Source: Gemmatimonadales bacterium
Lineage (GTDB): Bacteria > Gemmatimonadota > Gemmatimonadetes > Gemmatimonadales > GWC2-71-9
Assembly: GCA_041613315.1 (NCBI GenBank)
Contig: JBFJHJ010000042.1
Location: forward strand, 1 to 21,853
DNA: 21,853 nt
Reading direction: 5' to 3'
Shown: in pieces, positions 8,248 to 15,868 of the stretch
How positions within the stretch are numbered: position 1 is the first letter of the stretch
How the letters are laid out: the number at the start of each line of letters is the position of its first letter
Translations under genes and position numbers: made by a program
Notes under the pieces: model-generated
Databases searched by the model: none
Told to the model about the DNA's origin: nothing
What the model saw: the letters and a program-made list of their open reading frames with translations, nothing else

Positions 8248-9483
8248 TTAGTTCACGCTCGCCCGGATCCAGAAGAACCGGCTCGCGCCTGCTGCGAGGG
8301 ACCCCGAGAGGTCCGCGTCGACATCGTTGCCGACGTTGTTGAACGTCCATCCTGCCGCGTCACCGGTGGCCGACGCGAAGGTCAGCTGCGCCGGGAGCAG
8401 GTCGTCCACGTGCACGCTGTCCGCCGGCGCGGAGCCGCCGTTGGTGACCGTGATCCGGTACTGGATGAACTCGCCCGGAAGCACCCGGTCGGCCGCGCCG
8501 ATGACCGTCGTCTGGTCGTCGCGGTACGCCACCTTGGCGATGGTCAGGGCCGGCCGCACCACGGTGAGGTCGGCAAAGCCGTTGTCGCTGATCGCACTGT
8601 TCGTCACCGAGCGGGCCATGAGCACGAGTGTGTCAACCGTACCCGCGGCGACCTGGCCGATCGAGTAGATGACGTCGATGTTCTGCGACGCGCCGGACAG
8701 GACGCCGGTGATGCGCGTGCTGTCGCCGGCCACACCGTTGACCGAGACGATGGTGATCGCGACACCGGGGTTCGACGCAATGAGGTCGAATCCGTCGGTG
8801 CCGTTTCCGGTGTTGGTCACGGTGAACGAGAACGTGTAGTTCGTCCCGTTACTGGGCAGCTGCTGGAGGTTCTGCCCGCCGTCGGGCGTCACCGTCACGG
8901 CCACCACCTGATTGGGCGTGATCGTCGTGGCATCGTTGTCCGACACCCCGGCGTCACGGCGCGACGTGGCCGTCATCGTGTAGACCGTCGATTGACCGCC
9001 GGTCCCCGCGGCGACGTCGTAGATCACCTGGATGGTGATGGACCCACCCTGGGCGATCCCAACCGAGGACAGCGCGGTGTTGAGCGCCGCCAGGCTGCCG
9101 TAGGTCGTTCCCGCGTAGCGGTAGCCCGTCACCGTGATGATGCCGCCGACGGAGATCGCCTCCGAGACGGTGACACTGTCCGTGCCGTTCCCGATGTTGT
9201 CGATCTGGAACGCGATCGTGTCCGCCGTGCTGGGCGACGCCGGCGCCACCGCGGCGGCGGCGGCGATCACGTCAATGCCGGCCACGAAGCCGACCGTGAC
9301 GTCCACCGTGTCCGCCACGGGCGTATAGGTATTGTTGTTCGCGTCGGTGAACGTCACCGTCGCGATGTTGCGGATGACCGTCCCCTCCGGGGTCTGGCCA
9401 TGCGCCGGGCGCGCGATGAACGCCGCTGCCAGCGCAGCGAGCGTCAGGAGCAGCCCGATCTTGATCAAGCGGTTGCCGTGCAT
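8248..9483 (-). CDS. Secreted DUF11/Ig-like protein, putative fibre shaft subunit (~411 aa)
   Basis: AAGGAG ribosome-binding site before ATG 9483; signal peptide ending PAHG|Q; two NxGNGTD Ig-like domains; C-terminal DUF11 (LTIAK...PGEFIQYRITVTN...DDLLP) ending FWIRASVN. Confidence 0.9.
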   Translation of the reverse strand: MHGNRLIKIGLLLTLAALAAAFIARPAHGQTPEGTVIRNIATVTFTDANNNTYTPVADTVDVTVGFVAGIDVIAAAAAVAPASPSTADTIAFQIDNIGNGTDSVTVSEAISVGGIITVTGYRYAGTTYGSLAALNTALSSVGIAQGGSITIQVIYDVAAGTGGQSTVYTMTATSRRDAGVSDNDATTITPNQVVAVTVTPDGGQNLQQLPSNGTNYTFSFTVTNTGNGTDGFDLIASNPGVAITIVSVNGVAGDSTRITGVLSGASQNIDVIYSIGQVAAGTVDTLVLMARSVTNSAISDNGFADLTVVRPALTIAKVAYRDDQTTVIGAADRVLPGEFIQYRITVTNGGSAPADSVHVDDLLPAQLTFASATGDAAGWTFNNVGNDVDADLSGSLAAGASRFFWIRASVN

Positions 9484-9499
9484 CGAAAGTCTCCTTGGC

Positions 9500-10216
9500 T
9501 CACTCATCGTCGTTAGGGCTGCTCGCTCGTCTGTCGCGAGCCGAATCATTCTCAAGACCGGCCGGTGGGGCGAGCTCCGCTCGGAACTCGGCCGTCACCT
9601 GGGCGCCGGGTGCCACCCATCCCTTCACCGTCCACCGCACGTGGGTGTACGCCTCGGGCGGCGCGGGCCGCTCGACCCGCTCGCCGTCCACCTCCACCAC
9701 CACCGTGGGGTGCGTGACGAACGTGGCTCCGCCGTCAATCGAGTACTCGACGGTCACGTCGTCGCGGTCGGCCGTCGCCGAGGCCAGCACATAGCGCAGC
9801 CCCGACGGGACCGGATTCGTGAAGACCACGCCGCGCACCTCGGCGGCGGTCACGTTCGTGAACAGCAGGCGGTAGCGGACCGTGTCGCCCGGAAGCAGCG
9901 CAGCGGCGTCCCCCCCGCGCGCCTCGAACTCCTGGTGCCGCGCGTCGCCCGCCTGGAGATTCTCCGCCGTCACCACCAGCGCCCGGGCCGGCTCCGGCTC
10001 CTGGCCCGCCAGTGGCGCCGCGGTCGCGACCGCACAGACCGCGAGGACGGCCGCCACGCCCGCCGCGAACGGCGTGCGGGCACGGGCGCCCTCCCACGCG
10101 AAGTGCCGATCGCACGCGGGACAGATCACCCACCCACTTCGGACGTCGTTCGCGTCGTGGCTCCCGATCGCGCGGCAGTGCGCGCAGCGAATCATCACGA
10201 CACTCCGTGCTGACAT
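9500..10216 (-). CDS. Single DUF11-like protein with N-terminal zinc ribbon and signal-like segment (~238 aa)
   Basis: GAGGAGTGAGGGG before ATG 10216; CAHC-x17-CPAC; hydrophobic AAGVAAVLAVCAVATAAPLAG|Q; PGDTVRYRLLFTN...NPVPSGLRYV...EYSIDGG...YTHVRW. Confidence 0.87.
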   Translation of the reverse strand: MSARSVVMIRCAHCRAIGSHDANDVRSGWVICPACDRHFAWEGARARTPFAAGVAAVLAVCAVATAAPLAGQEPEPARALVVTAENLQAGDARHQEFEARGGDAAALLPGDTVRYRLLFTNVTAAEVRGVVFTNPVPSGLRYVLASATADRDDVTVEYSIDGGATFVTHPTVVVEVDGERVERPAPPEAYTHVRWTVKGWVAPGAQVTAEFRAELAPPAGLENDSARDRRASSPNDDE

Positions 10217-10302
10217 CCCCTCACTCCTCTGTGGCGGAGCGGCGCTCGGCCGCCCAGTGTTCACCCTGCGGGTGTACCTGCGCCCGCTCGTTCCTTGCTA
10301 TT

Positions 10303-10318
10303 TGCAGGGGCCGTGCCG
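10303..10318 (-). promoter_or_regulatory. sigma54 -24/-12 promoter
   Basis: Minus strand CGGCACGGCCCCTGCA, GG-N10-GC. Confidence 0.8.
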
Positions 10319-10343
10319 GACCGGCGACTTCAGGTCCAACAGC

Positions 10344-10370
10344 GTAACACCCTGTTCCACAAGCGTTTGC
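10344..10370. promoter_or_regulatory. IHF-like dyad
   Basis: GTAA-cacc-CTG-ttcca-CAA-gcgt-TTGC. Confidence 0.6.
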
Positions 10371-10413
10371 GATCAACTGCCGGTGCTCTCAGTCGAGCCG
10401 TTCACGCCCCAGT

Positions 10414-10441
10414 GTTACCGAACGGGAACGGGCTCGGTAAC
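10414..10441. promoter_or_regulatory. Putative enhancer site, copy 3
   Basis: GTTAC-cgaacg-GGAAC-gggctcg-GTAAC. Confidence 0.78.
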
Positions 10442-10495
10442 CGCCATGACGCCGCAAGCGTGAGCTCGGCGCACCGGCATCGAAGGCTCTCCCAT

Positions 10496-13400
10496 TCACC
10501 GCACCCGCGCGACGAACTCGAACTGGCCCGTGTCGTCGGGTGCGATGTGGCTCAGCGGATCCTGCAGCGCCCAGCGGATGTGCGTGACGCAGTCATCGTA
10601 GCCCGCGGGCGCGCTGCACCCCGCATCCACCGGCGTGTACGTCCAGGAGGCGGCCCCATCGTTGGAGTAGCTCACGGTGACCCCCACGCCGGGGGGAAGC
10701 GTGGTCGCGACGCTCCCGACTTTGAAGCCCACCTGCGCCGGAAGCGAGTCCACATGGACCACGCTCACCGCCGCTTCGCTGCCGGCGTTGGTCACGGTGA
10801 TCGTGTAGCTGAGATCGGTACCGGGCAGGGGCGTCCCGCCCGGGGTCACGGTTTTGCCGATCGTGAGGTTGGGCCGCACGACCACCAGTTCCAACCGGGC
10901 GTCGTCGGCCTTGCTTGGAGCGCCGACGGAGCGCGCGGTCAGGACCAGCGTGTCGGTGGTCCCCGCCGGCACCGAGGCCACGGCGTAGGTCACGGTGACC
11001 GTGGCGGTCAGGCCCTGCCCGAGATTCGCGAGGCGCGCGCTATCGGGGTTCGCCCCCTGGGTCACGCCGGGCCCCGTGATCGAGATGACGGTGATCGTGC
11101 CGCCCGGGAGCTTGACGGTCAGGAGATCATAGCTGTCGCTGATGCTCCCGATGTTCGCCACGGTGAAATCGACCGTGTAGTTGGTGCCGTTGCTCGGCAG
11201 GCGCGACGCCCTTTGCGTATCGGGCACGACGGCCACGTCGTAGGTCGGCCCGAAGATGGTCTTGGTCCGCGTGTCCGACGTGTTCGCCACGCCGTCGTTG
11301 TAGACCTCCAGCTCCAGCCGGCGGGCGAACGACGCGGACGTGAAGTTCATGAAGCTCAGCCCCTTCACGTTCAGCCAGTCGTCGGCCGCGAAGTTCGTGA
11401 GCACGTCGATCACCAGCGTCTTGCCGCCGTCCTCGTAGGTCACGGTACTCGACACCTTGTTCCGGGCGCGGCCGGAGAGTTGCGGGCTGACGTCCGTCGT
11501 GTCCCAGATCATGTCCAGGCCGGCGGGAATCCTGATCCGGATGTCGTTGGCCGCCGTGATCTGTGGGAACGGGTCGTCGGTCACCCGGAGCGTGACCATT
11601 TCGGTGACGGGATCGCCCACCGTGAAGCTCTGATCGGCGGCCGATGAGAGGTTGGGCGTAACGGCGATGAACACGATGAAGACGACCTTGTCGTCCTCGG
11701 CCGAGACCGCACCGTCGTTCCGCACCTCCAGCTCCAGGTTGTCATCCGGCGAGGCGGCGGTGAAGTTCCGGAAGCTCAGTCCCGAGATTGTGATGACGTC
11801 GTTCGGCGCGAAGTCGGTGAGCACGTCGATCACCAGGGTCTTGCCCCCGTCCTCATAGCTCACCGTGCTCGACACCTTGCCCGCCGCCGTGCCGAGGATC
11901 AGCGCCGAGACGTCCGTCACGTCCCAGCTCATGTTGAAGCCCGCCGGGATCCGGATCCGGATGTCGTTGACCGCGGTGATCGACCGCGTGACGGCATCGT
12001 CGGTCACGGTGATCGTGCTGATCGTGGTCGGCGCGTCGCCCACCCGGAAGCTCTGGTCGAACTCCGAGGAGATGCGCGGCACACCAGCGGCGATGACCGT
12101 GATCGTCTTGTCGTCGGTCGCCATCACCGTGTCGTCGTTGCGCACTTCGAGCTCGAGCCGGGCCGGCCCCGAGGTCGTCGTGAAGCTGGCGAAGCTCAAC
12201 CCCGACACGGTGATCTGGTCTCCCGCCACGAAGTTGCTCGTCACGTCGAGCACCAGCGTCTTGCCACCGTCCTCGTAGCTCACCGTGCTCGAGACCTTGC
12301 TCGCGGCCGCACCCCCGATCACCGCGGAGAGATCGGCGGTGTCCCACGTCATGGTGAGCCCCGCTGGGATGCGGATCCGGATGTCGTTGGCCGCCGTGAT
12401 CGAGGCGACCGTGCTCTCGGTGATCGTGATCGTGCCGATCGGCTGCGGCGGGTCCCCCACCGGGAAGTTCTGGTTCGCCGCCGAGGAGATCGTTGGCCGC
12501 ACCACCTGGAGGTCAGCCGACCCGTCGTCGAATACGGCAGGCGTCGTCACCGAGCGCGCCCGGAGCCTCAGCGTGTCCACCGTCCCGGCCGGGACGTCGC
12601 CGATCGAGTAGACAACGGCGATGTTCTGCGATGCGCCGGCCGCCAAATTGGTGATCCGCGTGCTGTCCCCGGCCACGCCGTTGACGGAGATGATCGTGAT
12701 CGCCGCCCCCGTCTTCGAGGCCAACAGATCAAAGGACTGCGAACCCGCTCCCGTGCCGTTCGTCACGGTGAACGTGAAGCTGTAGGTCGGGCCGCTCGGG
12801 AGGTGCCGCAGGTTCTGCCCGTTATCGGGCGTCACGGTCACCGAGGGGAGCACCTGCACCTCGAACGCGCCAACATCGCTCGCGGGACCCTGCGGGCGCG
12901 CAATGCCTCGCTGGTCGGTGGCGGGCGCGTCGGCCGCGAGCGCGTAGTCTATCGCGGGGCTGCCGACTCCTAGCGCGCGGGTAAAGCTGTTACCCCCGTT
13001 GTCCTGCAATGGGCCGAGGAGCGGGTCGCCGGTGAGGTCCGTCGGCGCGCAGCCCGTGCACCCCCCCTGGACCACGTTCCGCCCGTTGGAGACGAGGCTT
13101 CCGCCCGTGCCGCCGATCTGCCCACCCGTGTTGTTTGCCACGATCGTGTTCCGCAGGGTCAGGGTCCCCCCGCTTCGCATGATCCCCCCACCGCTCCCGC
13201 TGGGTGCGCTGTTGTGGCTGATCGTGCTGTTGATCAGCGTCAGCTGCACGCCGTCGTTGAGAATCCCGCCGCCCTGGCCCCCTGTCGTGACCGTGTTCCC
13301 GCTAACTGTCGAGTTTCGCAGCGTCAGCGTCTGCCTGTTGATGATGCCGCCCCCATCGCTGCCGCCGGCGTTATTCCCGCTGATCGTGCTTTGGACGACG

Positions 13401-13789
13401 GTGAGCGTCCCGTCGTTGCGGATGCCCGCGCCGTCCTGGCCGGCCCCTCCACGGATCGTGAGCCCCGTGAAAGTGACCACGACATTGTCAACGCGAAACA
13501 CGCGCGAGGCACCGTTCGCGTCGATGACGACGCGGCCACCGCCCGTGTTCTGAATCGTGAGGTTCCGGCTGATACGGAGCTCGCCTGATCCACTGCTCGT
13601 CAGGAGATACGTACCGGGGACGATGTTGATCGTGCTGATGCTGGGGTTCGCGATGGCGGCCCGAAGCTCGGCCATCGTGGTGACGGTCGTCGACTGTCCC
13701 TGCGCCGCCTCCCACGAGAATACGAGCGCCACGAGGGCCCCCAGGAGGACCCATCCCGTCCGTCGGATTTCGCTGCGCGCTGGGCTCAT
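10496..13789 (-). CDS. Secreted adhesin-like protein: beta-helix/choice-of-anchor-Q-like head, Ig-like repeats, C-terminal DUF11 (~1097 aa)
   Basis: AGGGGAG before ATG 13789; signal peptide ending AAQG|Q. GGGI-x-N...NSTISGN-type beta-helix repeats; DPLLGPLQDNGG...SPAID...DQRG...DVGAFE; three ~140-aa repeats; terminal DUF11 ending FEFVARVR. Confidence 0.9.
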   Translation of the reverse strand: MSPARSEIRRTGWVLLGALVALVFSWEAAQGQSTTVTTMAELRAAIANPSISTINIVPGTYLLTSSGSGELRISRNLTIQNTGGGRVVIDANGASRVFRVDNVVVTFTGLTIRGGAGQDGAGIRNDGTLTVVQSTISGNNAGGSDGGGIINRQTLTLRNSTVSGNTVTTGGQGGGILNDGVQLTLINSTISHNSAPSGSGGGIMRSGGTLTLRNTIVANNTGGQIGGTGGSLVSNGRNVVQGGCTGCAPTDLTGDPLLGPLQDNGGNSFTRALGVGSPAIDYALAADAPATDQRGIARPQGPASDVGAFEVQVLPSVTVTPDNGQNLRHLPSGPTYSFTFTVTNGTGAGSQSFDLLASKTGAAITIISVNGVAGDSTRITNLAAGASQNIAVVYSIGDVPAGTVDTLRLRARSVTTPAVFDDGSADLQVVRPTISSAANQNFPVGDPPQPIGTITITESTVASITAANDIRIRIPAGLTMTWDTADLSAVIGGAAASKVSSTVSYEDGGKTLVLDVTSNFVAGDQITVSGLSFASFTTTSGPARLELEVRNDDTVMATDDKTITVIAAGVPRISSEFDQSFRVGDAPTTISTITVTDDAVTRSITAVNDIRIRIPAGFNMSWDVTDVSALILGTAAGKVSSTVSYEDGGKTLVIDVLTDFAPNDVITISGLSFRNFTAASPDDNLELEVRNDGAVSAEDDKVVFIVFIAVTPNLSSAADQSFTVGDPVTEMVTLRVTDDPFPQITAANDIRIRIPAGLDMIWDTTDVSPQLSGRARNKVSSTVTYEDGGKTLVIDVLTNFAADDWLNVKGLSFMNFTSASFARRLELEVYNDGVANTSDTRTKTIFGPTYDVAVVPDTQRASRLPSNGTNYTVDFTVANIGSISDSYDLLTVKLPGGTITVISITGPGVTQGANPDSARLANLGQGLTATVTVTYAVASVPAGTTDTLVLTARSVGAPSKADDARLELVVVRPNLTIGKTVTPGGTPLPGTDLSYTITVTNAGSEAAVSVVHVDSLPAQVGFKVGSVATTLPPGVGVTVSYSNDGAASWTYTPVDAGCSAPAGYDDCVTHIRWALQDPLSHIAPDDTGQFEFVARVR
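11250..12496 (-). repeat. Three tandem intragenic repeats of ~139-141 aa
   Basis: Units start near 12496, 12079 and 11656. Each has ITAxNDIRIRIPAG, KVSSTVxYEDGGKTLVxDV and LELEVxND. Confidence 0.92.
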
Positions 13790-13885
13790 CGCTCCCCTAC
13801 GTATCCAGATCGGCTCGCCGCCGTCGGTTCTGGACGCCGGCCGCGCCGGCCGCCTCACGCTGTCGTACCGGTCACTTGTCCCTGA

Positions 13886-13901
13886 AGCAGCACTCGTGCC
13901 G
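13886..13901 (-). promoter_or_regulatory. sigma54 -24/-12 promoter
   Basis: Minus strand CGGCACGAGTGCTGCT, GG-N10-GC. Confidence 0.8.
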
Positions 13902-13916
13902 CCGCTCCGACTTGGC

Positions 13917-13942
13917 GTAAGATGTTGTCTCGCATGACGATG
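13917..13942. promoter_or_regulatory. IHF-like dyad (right half degenerate)
   Basis: GTAA-gatg-TTG-tctcg-CAT-gacg-ATG; the left half reads CAA-catc-TTA on the minus strand. Confidence 0.5.
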
Positions 13943-13976
13943 GAGGGAACGCACCGGCCCGGGCCGGCGGGAGCGC

Positions 13977-14004
13977 GTTACCGTCCGGTGACGGCCGCGG
14001 TAAC
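13977..14004. promoter_or_regulatory. Putative enhancer site, copy 4
   Basis: GTTAC-cgtccg-GTGAC-ggccgcg-GTAAC, 23 nt from the activator gene stop. Confidence 0.78.
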
Positions 14005-14027
14005 GGAAACCCCGTTTGGAAGGTGAG

Positions 14028-15404
14028 CTAGTCCAGCAGCCCGTACTTCTTCCTTCTTTCCCACAGGCTCTTGCGGGAGATCCCCAACACCTCGGCGGCC
14101 CGCTGCACGCTCCCCTCGCACGCATCGAGCGTGCGGCGGATGTACTCCTTCTCCACGTCGGCCAGCGTGAGCCCCTTGGGGATCGCGAAGGCGTCCCCGG
14201 CAGCGCGTGCCGCGTCCGGCACCCCCGCCACGGCTTCGAACGGCGGCAGGTGCTCCGGCAAGAGCGCCGCGCCGTCCGCGAAGATCATCGCTCGCTCGAT
14301 CACGTTCCGGAGCTCTCTCACGTTTCCCGGCCATGGCCATGCCTCGAGCTGCTGGAGCGCGGCCGGCGCGATCGTCGTCACGTCCTTGCGGAACTCCCGG
14401 CTGAAGAACTCGCGGAAGTGGTCGGCGAGGGCCGGGAGATCCGCGATGATCTCCCGGAGCGGCGGGAGCGTGATCGTGGCCACGCGGACCCGATAGTAGA
14501 GATCCGCCCGGAACTGCCCGCCCTTGACGGCGTCTTCCAGGTTCCGGTTGGTCGCCGTGACCAGCCGTGAGCGGACTTCGATCTCGTCGGTCCCGCCCAC
14601 CCGGCGGAACCGCCGCGACTCGAGCACGTTGAGCAGCTTCGCCTGGAGCTCCGGCGAGAGATCCCCGATCTCGTCCAGGAAGACCGTGCCGTCCTCGGCC
14701 ACCTCGAAGAGCCCCCGCTTGGACTCGCGGGCGTCGGTGAACGCGCCCTTCTGATAACCGAAGAGCTCGGCCTCCAGGAGTTGCGGCGGGAGCGCGGAAC
14801 AGTTGATCTCGACGAACCGGCCGCCCGAATGGGGACTCGAGTAATGGATGGCGCAGGCCACCAGGTTCTTGCCCGTGCCGCTTTCGCCCAACAACAGCAC
14901 CGTGGCGTGAGGCGTGTCGGCCACGCGCCGCACGAACTGACGCACCGCCTCGATCTTGGGATCGGCTCCGAGGATCGCCCCGGCGGAAAACTCCTTCTTG
15001 CGGGCCCGTTCCAGAGACGCCGCGTCTTCCTTGATCGGCCGTTCCTTGAGCGCCCGCTTGAGGACGGTCGTCAGCTCGTCGATGTTGACGGGTTTGGTGA
15101 GGTACTCGTTCGCGCCCGCCTTGAGGGCCTCGATGGCCGTGGCCATCTCAGCGTGGCCCGTGAGCACGAAGACCGGCAGATGCGGGTCGCTCTGGCGCAG
15201 CCGGCGGGTCACCTCGATGCCGTCCAGGTCGGGCATCACGAGGTCGGTGATGACCGCGTCGGGTGGCTCCTCGGCCCGGCGGGTGAAGAGCTGTTCCGCC
15301 CGCTCGAACACCTCCACCCGAAAGGTCCCCGCGCCGCGCAGGTTCACGGCCAGGAGCTTCCCGAACGAGAGGTCGTCGTCCAGGATGTAGACTTTAGGCG
15401 CCAT
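14028..15404 (-). CDS. NtrC/AtoC-family sigma54-dependent response regulator (REC-AAA+-Fis HTH)
   Basis: ILDDD/TDLVMP receiver; GESGTGK Walker A; GAFTDA loop; FLDEIG; RADLYYR; WPGNVRELRN; AAEVLGISRKSLW helix-turn-helix. Confidence 0.96.
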   Translation of the reverse strand: MAPKVYILDDDLSFGKLLAVNLRGAGTFRVEVFERAEQLFTRRAEEPPDAVITDLVMPDLDGIEVTRRLRQSDPHLPVFVLTGHAEMATAIEALKAGANEYLTKPVNIDELTTVLKRALKERPIKEDAASLERARKKEFSAGAILGADPKIEAVRQFVRRVADTPHATVLLLGESGTGKNLVACAIHYSSPHSGGRFVEINCSALPPQLLEAELFGYQKGAFTDARESKRGLFEVAEDGTVFLDEIGDLSPELQAKLLNVLESRRFRRVGGTDEIEVRSRLVTATNRNLEDAVKGGQFRADLYYRVRVATITLPPLREIIADLPALADHFREFFSREFRKDVTTIAPAALQQLEAWPWPGNVRELRNVIERAMIFADGAALLPEHLPPFEAVAGVPDAARAAGDAFAIPKGLTLADVEKEYIRRTLDACEGSVQRAAEVLGISRKSLWERRKKYGLLD

Positions 15405-15484
15405 CTATCGAATCTTTCTTCCCATGAGCGTCGCTCACAAGCCCGCCGGGCACCCCCGGCGCCCCCAGCGGTAACCTCCGCGCC

Positions 15485-15868
15485 ATGGCGAAAGGCTTCA
15501 GCGTCGTCGTCATCGAGGACGATCCCGATCTCAGAAAGCTGATCCAAGTCACCCTGCAGTTTACGGCGGGGTGGGAGGTCGCGACAGCCGAGGACGGCCC
15601 GAGTGGCATCGCGGCCGTCCAGGCGGCGCGCCCCGACGCCGTCGTCGTTGACCTCATGATGCCGGGCATGGACGGCTACGAGGTCTGCCGGCGGCTCAAG
15701 GCCGACAAGGCGACCACCGGCATTCCGCTCGTCTTGCTGACCGCACGGAAGGAGGTGGACGAGAACCGCGTGCGAGCGGCCGGGGCCGCCGGCGTGATTC
15801 TCAAGCCCTTTAGCCTCGACGAGTTGGCGCCCCGCATCCGTGGACTGAGCGGCCACCAGGAACCATGA
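15485..15868 (+). CDS. Single-domain response regulator (CheY-like)
   Basis: VIEDD, VDLMMPGMDG, LLTA and LKPF motifs. Confidence 0.93.
   Translation: MAKGFSVVVIEDDPDLRKLIQVTLQFTAGWEVATAEDGPSGIAAVQAARPDAVVVDLMMPGMDGYEVCRRLKADKATTGIPLVLLTARKEVDENRVRAAGAAGVILKPFSLDELAPRIRGLSGHQEP

Noticed and set aside
3324..11647. Long plus-strand ORFs (3324..5189, 8173..9516, 10295..11647 and similar)
   Set aside because: They are antisense shadows of well-supported minus-strand genes and show no domain motifs.
11250..12496. Repeats as a CRISPR array or diversity-generating retroelement template
   Set aside because: They are in-frame ~420-nt coding repeats with no spacer pattern, and no cas or reverse transcriptase gene is present.
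13790..14125. 112-aa N-terminal extension of the adhesin ORF in the track
   Set aside because: It runs through the promoter, the enhancer and the activator's 3' end. A ribosome-binding site and signal peptide fit ATG 13789.
15470..15476. GGTAACC as a fifth enhancer copy
   Set aside because: It is a single half-site with no matching spacing and no nearby -24/-12 element.
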